DNA of 25,861 nt. Source: Octopus sinensis. Taxonomy: Eukaryota. The stretch covers positions 1 to 25,861 of the forward strand of contig NW_021835656.1 of NCBI RefSeq assembly GCF_006345805.1. Reading direction: 5' to 3'. Below, piece by piece: positions 1 to 9,510 of the stretch. The position numbers and the translations under genes were made by a program. The notes under the pieces were generated by a model. The model was given only the letters and a program-made list of their open reading frames with translations. It made no database searches and had not been told where the DNA came from. The first letter of the stretch is position 1. Every line of letters begins with the position of its first letter.

Positions 1-129
1 TCCCAGAACTTATTCTTTGTATGCCTGGTATTCTATCGGTCTCTTTTGCCGAACCGCTAAGTTACGGGGACTAAACACACCAGCATCGTTGAAAAGCGAT
101 GTTGGGGGGGACGAGCACACACATATTAT

Positions 130-174
<45 letters not shown>

Positions 175-340
175 GACGGGCTTCTTTCAGTTTTCTGTTT
201 ACGAAATCCACTCACAAGACTTTGGTTGGTCCGAGGCTATAGTAGAAGACACTTGCCCGAGATGCCATGCAATGGGACTGAACCCAGAACCATGTGGTCG
301 GTAAGCAAACAACTTACCACACAGCCGCTCCTACGCCTAT
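1..340 (-). mobile_element. tRNA-derived SINE, family A (internal microsatellite type), cut by the window start
   Basis: Reverse complement of the copies at 661-1083 and 8313-8716. The head reads TAGGCGTAGGAGCGGCTGTGTGGTAAG...GGGTTCAGTCCC on the minus strand, with an internal (TA)n at about 125-173. Confidence 0.9.
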
Positions 341-516
341 ACACACACCATTCGTGTTTGTTTGTGTGTATCTCTATATGCATATATGTGAGAAAAATGT
401 GGTTAATCAAGGATTTTTGGATAATTATTTATTTAGCCCTTTCATCTCTTTTGAGAGATTCATCATGAATGATTTATTTTCAGAAAATTCATACCTTTCG
501 TATATGTGCGCGCGTA

Positions 517-552
517 TGTGTGTGTGTGTGTATGTGTGTGTGTGGGGGGGGG

Positions 553-612
<60 letters not shown>
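517..612. repeat. Compound (TG)n / G-run / (GA)n microsatellite
   Basis: Seen directly; it produces the artefactual CVCV/RERE ORFs. Confidence 0.97.
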
Positions 613-615
<3 letters not shown>

Positions 616-660
616 AGTTGAAAAAAATTCAGGAGTGACCGTTTTATGAAAGCGAATACC

Positions 661-838
661 ATAGGCGCAGGAGTGGCTGTGTGGTAAGTAGCTTGCTTAC
701 CAACCACATGGTTCCGGGTTCAGTCCCACTGCGTGACACCTTGGGCAATTGTTTTCTACTATAGCCTCGGGCCAACCAAAGCCTTGTGAGTGGATTTGGT
801 AGACGGAAACTGAAAGAAGCCCGTCGTATATATGTATG

Positions 839-881
<43 letters not shown>

Positions 882-1083
882 TGTGGGTCTGTGTTTGTCC
901 CCCTAGCATTGCTTGACAACCGATGCTGGTGTGTTTACGTCCCCGTCACTTAGCGGTTCGGCAAAAGAGACCGATAGAATAAGTACTGGGCTTACAAAGA
1001 AAAAGTCCTGGGGTCGATTTGCTCGACAAAAGGCGGTGCTCCAGCATGGCCGCAGTCAAATGACTAAAACAAGTAAAAGAAAG
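661..1083 (+). mobile_element. tRNA-derived SINE family A, full length
   Basis: ATAGGCGCAGGAGTGGCTGTGTGG head with Pol III A/B-box-like motifs (TGGCTGTGTGG; GGTTCAGTCCC), then conserved body, internal (TA)/(TG) tract, conserved 3' domain and an AAGTAAAAGA tail. About ten homologous segments occur in the window. Confidence 0.93.
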
Positions 1084-1099
1084 TACTCTTACAAAATCA

Positions 1100-1600
1100 C
1101 AACATGAAGAAAATCTGTTTGATGTAAACCAAATAGGAATCAGTAAACGTCAGCCAAAAAATCTTAAAAAAGAAAAATATCTCACAGGGGCAAAATTCAC
1201 CCTGAGAATAATTTAGAATTCCCTGCGAAGACAAATGGAATATTTAACAACAACACAAAATATCTGGACACTAGTTCCCAGGTAAGATTTAAAAGTGCCT
1301 TCTCCTTTCAAGAAAATGCGTATATGAACTGCAAGACACAGAATCTCATATACTGCAAAACCTGCCCCAATTGCAAAGAAAATTATATTGGTGAAACCAA
1401 CAATTCCCTTTGTCAACGGGCAAGAATCCACAGACAACACATCAGACACAAAGAATTATGTTAAATAAGCATCTGAAAATATGCGGAAACAGCAGATTCA
1501 AGATCTTCGGCAAATACCCATGGGATGACCCTATGTACCACAAGACAATGGAAATGCATTTTATCAAAGAATTCTTAGCCAAACTAAATGTATAAAAAAG
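1100..1600 (+). pseudogene. Penelope-like retroelement 3' fragment: linker plus GIY-YIG endonuclease, frameshifted
   Basis: My translation of the frame at 1261-1464 (not in the ORF track) is YLDTSSQVRFKSAFSFQENAYMNCKTQNLIYCKTCPNCKENYIGETNNSLCQRARIHRQHIRH, with LIY...CxxC...YIGET. After a frameshift it continues KHLKICG...FKIF...EMHFIKEFLAKLN*. Upstream are KRQPKNLKK and LTGAKF, the typical PLE linker. Confidence 0.88.
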
Positions 1601-2568
1601 ACGTATATTTGTAAACACGTAAGCAATCAATATTAAAAAATAGTGTCCCATATGAACAAAAATTAGATTACCAGTGAATATTATTATTAATAACCTTCTC
1701 ATTACTGTTACTTTAAATATCTGGAAAAATTTGCTTAAACAACCAACACACACACACATTTAAAAAAACCTTCCAAAACAATTTGATAGTTTCTATTTTC
1801 TGTACTTGAATAACATGACAACTGACCAAAAAACGATGACTACTAGAAAATTGGCGTTTTAGAACTATCATTAATTTCAACCCCAACCCCCAATCCCTTT
1901 CTACAGCTGCGTAATATGATAACTGAACAAAGATACAATGCAATTTCAATAATCTCAGAAAAAAAGTTCCTTTCTTTCTTTCTAATCAAGCCTCCAAAAT
2001 CTCACCGCGCGCGCGCACACGCATATACAGGCAGGGGCCTCAGTTGCCTCTAAAATGTGAGGGGGACAAACCAACATTTGCTGATTCTTAAAGGAACATA
2101 CTAATATTGCTTATGGTGCCTTTTCCGGACCCTGTCACATAAGTAAAATTTTACGCTAATTAAATTTTATGTATTCAAATGAAGTTCAGCTTCAAAAAGT
2201 TAAGCGTTAAAAGAATTTATTATATCAAATAAACAAAAAACAAAACATAGGCGTTTGAATAAAAAAAAATATTAAGTAAATTTATTGACCTTTAGAACTT
2301 TCCAAATGTTTTTTTTTCTCTCGTATCATTGCTGTCAGAACATGAGGATCCGGAAGAGATGTTGCCAAGCATTTTTCATGACAATCTAACAAGGGACAAA
2401 ATGCTCAGCAAACCCACAATATATGGAATATAATCAATAACGCAGCATTGGTATTGGCCGTCCGTTTACAAAAAGAGAAATATAGAAGAGAAGGTTTAGT
2501 CATGCGCCAACCATACACAACATTGAAGGCCCATAAGGACAATTTCCTGACGGAGCCCAAGCATAGAC

Positions 2569-2680
2569 CAGAGTTTCTCAACCATTTCAAATCTATGGAT
2601 CCCTTTCATTCTGTTTTACTCTTCTGGGTCCCATAGCCATTCGATGTTTTCAAAAATCCCATTACCTTTTTATAATTAAA
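2569..2680 (-). mobile_element. One end of a hAT/Charlie-type MITE, same family as 9511-9802
   Basis: TIR CAGAGTTTCTCAACC at 2569-2583. The reverse complement of 2569-2650 aligns by eye with the right end of the MITE at 9715-9802. It abuts the SINE at 2685. Confidence 0.7.
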
Positions 2681-2684
2681 TATT

Positions 2685-3095
2685 CGCAGGAGTGGCTATA
2701 TAGGCGCAGGAGTGGCTATATAGGCGCACGAGTGGCTGTGTGGTAAGTAGCTTGCTAACCAACCACATGGTTCCGGGTTCAGTCCTACTGCGTGGCATCT
2801 TGGGCAAGTGTCTTCTGCTATAGCCCCGGGCCGACCAATGCCTTGTGAGTGGATTTGGTAGACGGAAACTGAAAGAAGCCTGTCGTATATATGTATATAT
2901 ATGTGTGTGTGTTTGTTCCCCTAGCATTGCCTGACAACCGATGCTGGTGTGTTTACGTCCCCGTCACTTAGCGGTTCGGCAAAAGAGACCAATAGAATAA
3001 GTACTGGGCTTACAAAGAATAAGTCCCGGGGTCGATTTGCTCGACTAAAGGCGGTGCTCCAGCATGGCCGCTGAAACAAGTAAAAGAGAAAAGAG
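2685..3095 (+). mobile_element. SINE family A with triplicated 5' end and a small 3' deletion
   Basis: Homologous to 661-1083. The 20-bp head unit occurs three times at 2685-2738, and CAGTCAAATGA is missing near 3070. Confidence 0.92.
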
Positions 3096-3352
3096 AAAGA
3101 GAGAGAGAATAATGAAAAGAAAAATAAGGAAGGATGCAAAGCTCTTCCGAAGGATACGGTTAAAGACTGCATCAACACAGTTCCTGCCATTTGGGATAGT
3201 CCGCTGTTTGTGTTACAACGTTTTTCTAAATATTATTAGAAATTGTACAAGAGAATTTGTTAATAAATTTCACGTATTTTAGAAGTATAAACAATTTATA
3301 GCAGATACATTTTAACGGCAAAATCTTATATGGATCCTTAAAGGTTATATGA

Positions 3353-3892
3353 GGAGGAAGCACTCCGTCGGTTACGACGATGAGGGTTCCGGTTGATCCG
3401 AATCAACGGAACAGCCTGCTCGTGAAATTAACGTGTAAGTGGCTGAGCACTCCACAGACACGTGTACCCTTAACGCAGTTCTCGGGAATATTCAGCGTGA
3501 CACAGAGAGTGACAAGGCCGGCCCTTTGAAATACAGGTACAACAGAAACAGGAAGTAAGAGTGAGAGAGAAAGTTGTGGTGAAAGAGTACAGCAGGGATC
3601 ACCACCATCCCCTGCCGGAGCCTCGTGGAGCTTTTAGGTGTTTTCGCTCAATAAACACTCAGAACGCCCGGTCTGGGAATCGAAACCGCGATCCTACGAC
3701 CGCGAGTCCGCTGCCGTAACCACTGGGCCATTGCGCCTCCACGGTGAAAGAGTACAGTAGGGATCACCACCATCCCCTGCCAGAGCCTCGTGGAGCTTTT
3801 AGGTGTTTTCGCTCAATAAACACTCACAACGCCCGGTCTGGGAATCGAAACCGCGAGTCCGCTGCCCTAACCACTGGGCCATTGCGCCTCCT
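3353..3892 (-). mobile_element. tRNA-derived SINE family B (OR-like), composite of a 5' partial copy plus a full copy
   Basis: The minus-strand head is GGAGGCGCAATGGCCCAGTGGTTAGGGCAGCGGACTC...GTTTCGATTCCCAG. Full copy about 3356-3742, extra head copy 3743-3891. 12-bp TSD AAGGTTATATGA at 3341-3352 and 3893-3904. Confidence 0.92.
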
Positions 3893-4116
3893 AAGGTTAT
3901 ATGAACCCCGGACCAGAATCAATGGCGTAGACTGATTAACCTTGTGAAATAACGAATTAGGTGTGATTAGCAAAATGTTTTAGGGAAAATGAACCGAAGT
4001 TAAAATCAGGTTTTAATGCCTTGAAAAATGGTTATCGGTTGGATGGATGAAATACAAGGTTGCGCAAACCCGTCATCCGGAAAAACAAAAGGTGAGCGAT
4101 ACACCACCACCATATA

Positions 4117-4194
<78 letters not shown>

Positions 4195-4199
4195 GTATG

Positions 4200-4412
4200 C
4201 ATGTGTGTGTCTGTGTTTGTCCCTCTAGCATTGCTTGACAACCGATGCTCGTGTGTTTAAGTGTCCCCGTAACTTAGCGGTTCAGCAAAAGATACCGATA
4301 GAATAAGTACTAGGCTTACAAAGAATAAGTTCTTGGGATCGATTTTGTTCAACTAAAAGGCGGTGCTCCATCATGGTCGCAGTCAAAATGACTGAAACAA
4401 GTAAAAAATAAA
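4200..4412 (+). mobile_element. SINE family A, 3' domain only
   Basis: Matches the 3' half of family A and follows a (TA)n tract at about 4128-4195. Confidence 0.88.
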
Positions 4413-4440
4413 ATTATATATTATATATATATATATATAT

Positions 4441-4870
4441 ACTCTTTACTCTTTTTACTCTTTTACTTGTTTCAGTCATTTGACTGCGGCCATGCTGGAG
4501 CACCGCCTTTAGTCGAGCAATTCGACCCCGGGACTTATTCTTTGTAAGTCCAGTACTTATTCTATCGGTCTCTTTTGCCGAACCGCTAAGTGACGGGACG
4601 TAAACACACCAGCATCGGTTGTCAAGCAATGCTAGAGGGACAAACACAGACACACAAACATATACATACACATGCATACATACATATATATATATACATA
4701 TATACGACGGGCTTCTTTCAGTTTCCGTCTACCAAATCCACTCACAAGGCTTTGGTCGGCCCGGGGCTATAGCAGAAGACACTTGCCCAAGATGCCACAC
4801 AGTGGGACTGAACCCAGAACCATGTGGTTGGTAGGCAAGCTACTTACCACACAGCCACTCCTGCGCCTAT
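4441..4870 (-). mobile_element. SINE family A, full length, flanked by (TA)n on both sides
   Basis: Reverse complement of family A with a (GAGTAAAA)n-type tail at about 4441-4465. TA tracts lie at 4415-4441 and 4869-4891. Confidence 0.93.
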
Positions 4871-4892
4871 ATATATATATATGTATATATAT

Positions 4893-4893
<1 letters not shown>

Positions 4894-4957
<64 letters not shown>
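4894..4957. repeat. (AG)n microsatellite
   Basis: Seen directly. Confidence 0.97.
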
Positions 4958-4960
<3 letters not shown>

Positions 4961-5702
4961 GTGCACTAATTAATCACCGTATACAAGTACATACACGCCA
5001 AGTCCAGATATCAATGTCTGATGCTCTACATTCAAAATGGCAGTTCACACACAAACATACCTACACACACACACACACACACCACACACACAAACACCAC
5101 AGCTCCACAGTAAAACTAGACTATTCGGTGGGGGTTAATAAAAGCCAACATGGCAGACAGATAAAATAAAAAATTAAACACCAAGAAACATCTCACACAT
5201 ATATATGCACTTTAATGACGTATGTACTTCTGCCTCTCCGTGTATATATATATATATTATACACACACACACACACACATTCACACGCAAGCACACACAT
5301 ATCCCATTGCATTCTCAATTGCTCTATGGTGTAATATTAGTATCGTTAAATGTTGTTTAGTGTTAAGGATATCGTTTGGTGTACTTCTACAGCTGCGGTC
5401 ACTGACATGTTTCCACCATGACTCGGCAACCGTACAATTGATCCAGTTTCAACACGCCATCTACCTTCTCGTGACATTGTGATAGGCGGGAAAGGGAAGA
5501 CAAAAAAAAAAAAAAAAAGATAGCAAACATCGAAATATATCTATATATCGTTTGTGTGAGTGTGTGTACATGTCTTTTATAGCTTACTCCGAGGCGAGAG
5601 TGTGCGGCCCACGAGGCTGGCCAGGGATATTCATGACAGAAACGGGTGCAGCAAACCACGACTCATAGGTTACTGTAACAAGAAGTTGATAGCTAAACAG
5701 AT

Positions 5703-6530
5703 ATGTTTCTTTATTGGCCACACAGGGCTGAACACAGAGGGGACAAAATACAAAGTAGAGCTTTTCTTTTTGAGAAGAGAAGTAAAAAAAGGGGGTAGAA
5801 ATTTTATCAAAAGGGACCGTTAAAAAAAGGCTGATCAATAGGGATTGTGTATCACAAATATCATAGTATAAAAAGGGGAATCAGATTAGGTTTATCCGTA
5901 GAAAGAAAAAGTCTACGGAAAAGACCACGGTAACCTTGGGCAATAATGTCGTGCAAAAAAAAAAACGCATTACGGTAAGTGACTCTTTTTTCCCTTCTTT
6001 TTGGGGGTTCATAGGACTATGCTCAAGGTGGCTTCGTCATTCACACGTGCCATCCTTGCTACATTCACCCATCTTTTTTTGAAACACTAGCGTTCTAATC
6101 CGGTCTCTGAAAACCTGTCTCGACGGGAAAGTCGCGTTTAGTTTCCAGTACCTGGGACCCTGCCTATATGTCTTATCTAAGTCTAGCGTACTCGTCACAA
6201 GTTTGTGATCCGTGTGGCTAACTATGTGGAATTGTGGACACCCTACGCTATCTCTATCTACTGTCCTACACAGTATCCTATCTAGATACGATCTCGACGA
6301 CCCGATGCAGTTGCTCCATGTCCACGTTGGCGCATTCGGATGGTCGAGTCGGTACCTGTCGGACAGTTGAAAGCGTTTGAGCAGGTCTCTGAGGCATTTG
6401 CATCCCCGTCTATTCCTATCTCTGCCTACGTAGTCTAGATGCGTGTCCAAGGTAGCATTCCAATCCCCCACTAAAAGTAAGGGACGAGACGTTCCTAGGA
6501 ATACTTCTGGACATCGAAAGAAATTAGGCT
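5703..6530 (-). pseudogene. Tx1/L1-clade LINE remnant: AP-endonuclease C-terminal half, last 25 codons of ORF2 and 3' UTR
   Basis: ORF 6037-6471 has the APE motifs GDWN, TWTW, SYLDRI, TDH and YWKLN, the last typical of L1/Tx1. The frame extends upstream as FFRCPEVFLGTSRPLLLV. Another frame at 6083-6009 gives FKKRWVNVARMARVNDEATLSIVL*. AATAAA lies at 5715-5710. Confidence 0.87.
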
Positions 6531-6960
6531 TCTCAAAACCAGAAAGGAGAAAGCTAATTCAAAGACTACAGATCCAATCCATCAATGGAACTGTAAAAAT
6601 CAAAAGTTTATCATTTAAATGTATATGAGCATGTCTAGATATGCAAATATATGCATGAGAATACATACATAGAACAAAACATACAAATCTTCACACATAC
6701 ATACATACAAGGTGACAACTGGCAATTTCTGAGGGACGATCTGGATAAGCTAGCGTTTTCATAAGAAATCAATCTGCTAATTTGGACATTACGAATACAG
6801 TCTGTAAGCGGAACAGTACAAATATGCAAGACTTTTCTCAAGTCTAAAATGTGAATTTGTTTTTGTTATCTACATTCCAAAAACGGAGCCTTGTATCTTT
6901 TTGTTAGAAACCAGCCCCTTCTTTATAGGAACGCTTCAAATAATTGAAAACAGAAGAGAA

Positions 6961-6963
<3 letters not shown>

Positions 6964-7006
<43 letters not shown>
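6964..7006. repeat. (TG)n microsatellite
   Basis: Seen directly. Confidence 0.97.
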
Positions 7007-7009
<3 letters not shown>

Positions 7010-7074
7010 GTGCGCACACAAACACAGACACAGAGGCGAGAATATTGATTCCTTTTTTTTTTCTCTCCAGGTTG

Positions 7075-7200
7075 GCACAGGGCCATTCATTTTACAGGAC
7101 GGCACGATCGATTGTATTGATCGAATACTTCACTAGTACTGATTTATTATCGATCACAGGTAGGATGAAAGGCTAATTCGATCGGGACGCAATTTCAAAA
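7075..7200 (-). mobile_element. Old diverged copy of SINE family C core
   Basis: The reverse complement GATCGAATTAGCCTTTCATCCTACCTGTGATCGATAATAAATCAGTACTAG resembles GGTCGACTTTGCCTTTCATCCTTTCGGGGGTCGATAAATTAAGTACCAG at about 16906-16954. Confidence 0.55.
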
Positions 7201-7431
7201 GAACGTAATTACCTCCAAGGGAGGTAATTAACTCGAAACTAATCCCCGTCCTTTTTATCGTACTTTACATAATACCGAGTACAAACATTCCATCGTCCTC
7301 GCTGCTGCTGCTGCTGCTGCTTGATTCCCTGGTGAAGCCACGTTGAACAGATCTATAACCAAAGACACTCCATCTCTGACAATCCCAAGTGATTTTTGAA
7401 CATAACGTGACGTAATCAATAAATATACAAT

Positions 7432-7950
7432 ACTGCGTGGAACCTTGAGCAAGTGTCTTCAACTATAGCCTCGAGCCGACCAAAGCCTTGAGATTGGGTA
7501 TGGTAGAAGGAAACTGAAAGAAGCCCGTCGAAAATATGTATATATATATATATATATATACTAAGTAATTAAAGGTTTAGCAACGATTTGCCTCACCACA
7601 CACCGAATTTAGAAATAGCAGTCAAAGAGTTATGGCTATTCTTTCTACTTAAAAGGGAGATCCCAGTAAAACCACAGCACTTAAAAGTGTGTATATTTAT
7701 ATATTTGTTTTATATTTGCAAAAGAAATTCGGTGTTGTTTATGTTGGTTCTCTTTGTGTTCCGTACCATAGCGGTTCGACGACTAGATATCGATAAAATA
7801 ATTAAAAGACGAAAATAAAACTTCAGGGTCGATATATGATCGACTAAACTCAAAGGCGGGATATATATATATCCCTTTTTCCTGAGCGCCTAATAATAAT
7901 ACTTTAATTGTTCCACGTGTTGTTGTTTTTTCTGTTTCCCGTTTGGATTA

Positions 7951-7981
<31 letters not shown>

Positions 7982-8114
7982 GCGTGTGTGTGTGTGTGTA
8001 TGTTGTGTATCTGTGTTTGTCCCCCCAACATCACTTGACAACCGATGCCGGTGTGTTTACGTCCCCGTAACTTAGCGGTTCGGCAAAAAGAGACCGATAG
8101 CATAAGTACTAGAC
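7432..8114 (+). mobile_element. SINE family A split at its internal (TA)n: 5' part 7432-7560, 3' part about 7955-8114, with about 400 bp of other sequence inserted
   Basis: The two halves are collinear with the family A consensus, both are bounded by (TA)n, and both outer ends are truncated. That they derive from one original element is inference. Confidence 0.7.
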
Positions 8115-8124
8115 ACATCTTGTT

Positions 8125-8300
8125 GCAATTGCTCGAAATGTGGAGTAGATAAAACAGCCGACGACTGATGAAGGGTCGTTCTTTATGTGGCTTGTCTTGT
8201 TTTCCATTTGTTTCTTTCGTTGTTCACAAAAAAAGGTTCGTATTCCATGTTTACGTTTTATGACGTCCTGTACCCATATATGCATAAAATATACATATAT
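8125..8300 (+). repeat. Interspersed repeat fragment, homologous to about 14400-14630 on the minus strand
   Basis: Shared blocks: CGAAA(C/T)GTGGAGTAGAT, CGACTGA(T/A)GAAGGG and GTCCTGTACCCATATATGCAT, ending in TA/CA-rich sequence. Confidence 0.75.
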
Positions 8301-8312
8301 ATGTAAGTATGT

Positions 8313-8716
8313 ACAGGCGCAGGAGTGGCTGTGTGGTAAGTAGCTTGCTAAGCAATCACATGGTTCCGGGTTCAGTCCCACTGCACGGCATCTTGGGCAA
8401 GTGTCTTCTACTATAGCCCCGAGCCAACCAATGCCTTGTGAGTGGATTTGGTAGATGGAAACTGAAAGAAGCCTGTCGTATATATGTATATATATGCATG
8501 TGTGTATGTTTGTGTGTCTGTTTGTCCCCCTAGCATTGCTTGACAACCGATGCTGGTGTGTTTACGTCCCCGTCACTTAGCGGTTCGGCAAAAGAGACCG
8601 ATAGAATAAGTACTGGGCTTACAAAGAATAAGTCCCGGGGTCGATTTGCTCGACTAAAGGCGGTGCTCCAGCATGGCAGCAGTCAAATGACTGAAACAAG
8701 TAAAAGAGTAAAAGAG
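8313..8716 (+). mobile_element. SINE family A, full length
   Basis: Complete head, body and GTAAAAGAGTAAAAGAG tail, followed by (TA)n. Confidence 0.93.
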
Positions 8717-9048
8717 TATATATATATATATATATGATTGAACGCCACGCATCCATTTCCAAGTAAGTTTGTATGTATGTATATATATATATCCCGCCTT
8801 TGAGTTTAGTCGATCATATATCGACCCTGAAGTTTTATTTTCGTCTTTTAATTATTTCATCGATATCTAGTCGTCGAACCGCTATGGTACGGAACACAAA
8901 GAGAACCAACATAAACAACACCGAATTTCTTTTGCAAATATAAAACAAATATATAAACATACACACAAATACACCCCAGATATATGAGTGCACATATATA
9001 TATATACATATATATACACATCTCTTTCTCTGTATGTGTGTTTGTGCG

Positions 9049-9079
<31 letters not shown>

Positions 9080-9510
9080 TTCTCTAGGTAGACGGATAAG
9101 CTCCCCTTCATCCCCGCTCTCTAATATTGATCTCTCATTGAACTCTCGCTCCTTTCTCTCCCCTCTAATCAATACCATATTCTATACGCATGAACATACA
9201 CGCCAGTAAACTGCCGCATATATATTCTTCCCACAGTTGGAATCATTAATACCCTGTTATGGATTTTCTCTTCCAACTCTAAACTTCTACAGATCTTTCC
9301 AGGATTCATTACTCATCTTGATATCATCTTTAACGGGTTTAGTCCCAAATATTCCATCATCATTTCGCTGGTTTTGGTCCCTTGACGGCAGCCTTATTGA
9401 GGTACGTGCATAAAAGGGATCTTTGCTCCAGGATATTGGAATCCCCGCCACCACACTGCTCATTTTAACAAGCCCTGTTTATCGAGCTGCTGAATTGTGT
9501 CCCTGTAAAA

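Larger units (their letters stand above)
7687..8966. repeat. Inverted repeat pair: 7687-7872 versus 8781-8966
   Basis: Manual base-by-base comparison gives 186 bp with 2 mismatches and a spacer of about 908 bp. Confidence 0.95.

Noticed and set aside
644-1107. Recurrent ORFs such as MSSNARGTNTD..., ...RLPNPLTRLW... and MTTDAGVFTSPSLSGSAKETDR... (also near 2700, 4600, 8500, 22000)
   Set aside because: They are chance frames in SINE family A copies. The repetition reflects the repeat, not a gene family.
3661-3742. tRNA-like sequences (also 10044-10120, 11760-11821, 12541-12615, 16625-16699, 25511-25570)
   Set aside because: They are SINE heads that continue into SINE bodies, several with TSDs, and lack a complete cloverleaf. 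They are not called as tRNA genes.
5380-5480. Possible minus-strand exon after a long pyrimidine tract (EGRWRVETGSIVRLPSHGG)
   Set aside because: There is no convincing donor site and the protein is not recognisable.
6709-6843. 135-nt minus-strand open segment with AG and GT borders
   Set aside because: The donor GTATGT is supplied by a (TATG)n repeat and the peptide is unrecognisable, so there is no independent support.
7270-7360. Minus-strand peptide RSVQRGFTRESSSSSSSEDDG or NQAAAAAAAR
   Set aside because: It is built around a short (CAG)n, splice sites are weak, and no homology was recognised.
7687-8966. Interpretation of the 186-bp inverted arms as transposon TIRs
   Set aside because: The arms are SINE-derived, no TSD flanks the pair, and the interior is a patchwork of unrelated repeats. 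Local duplication is preferred, though not proven.
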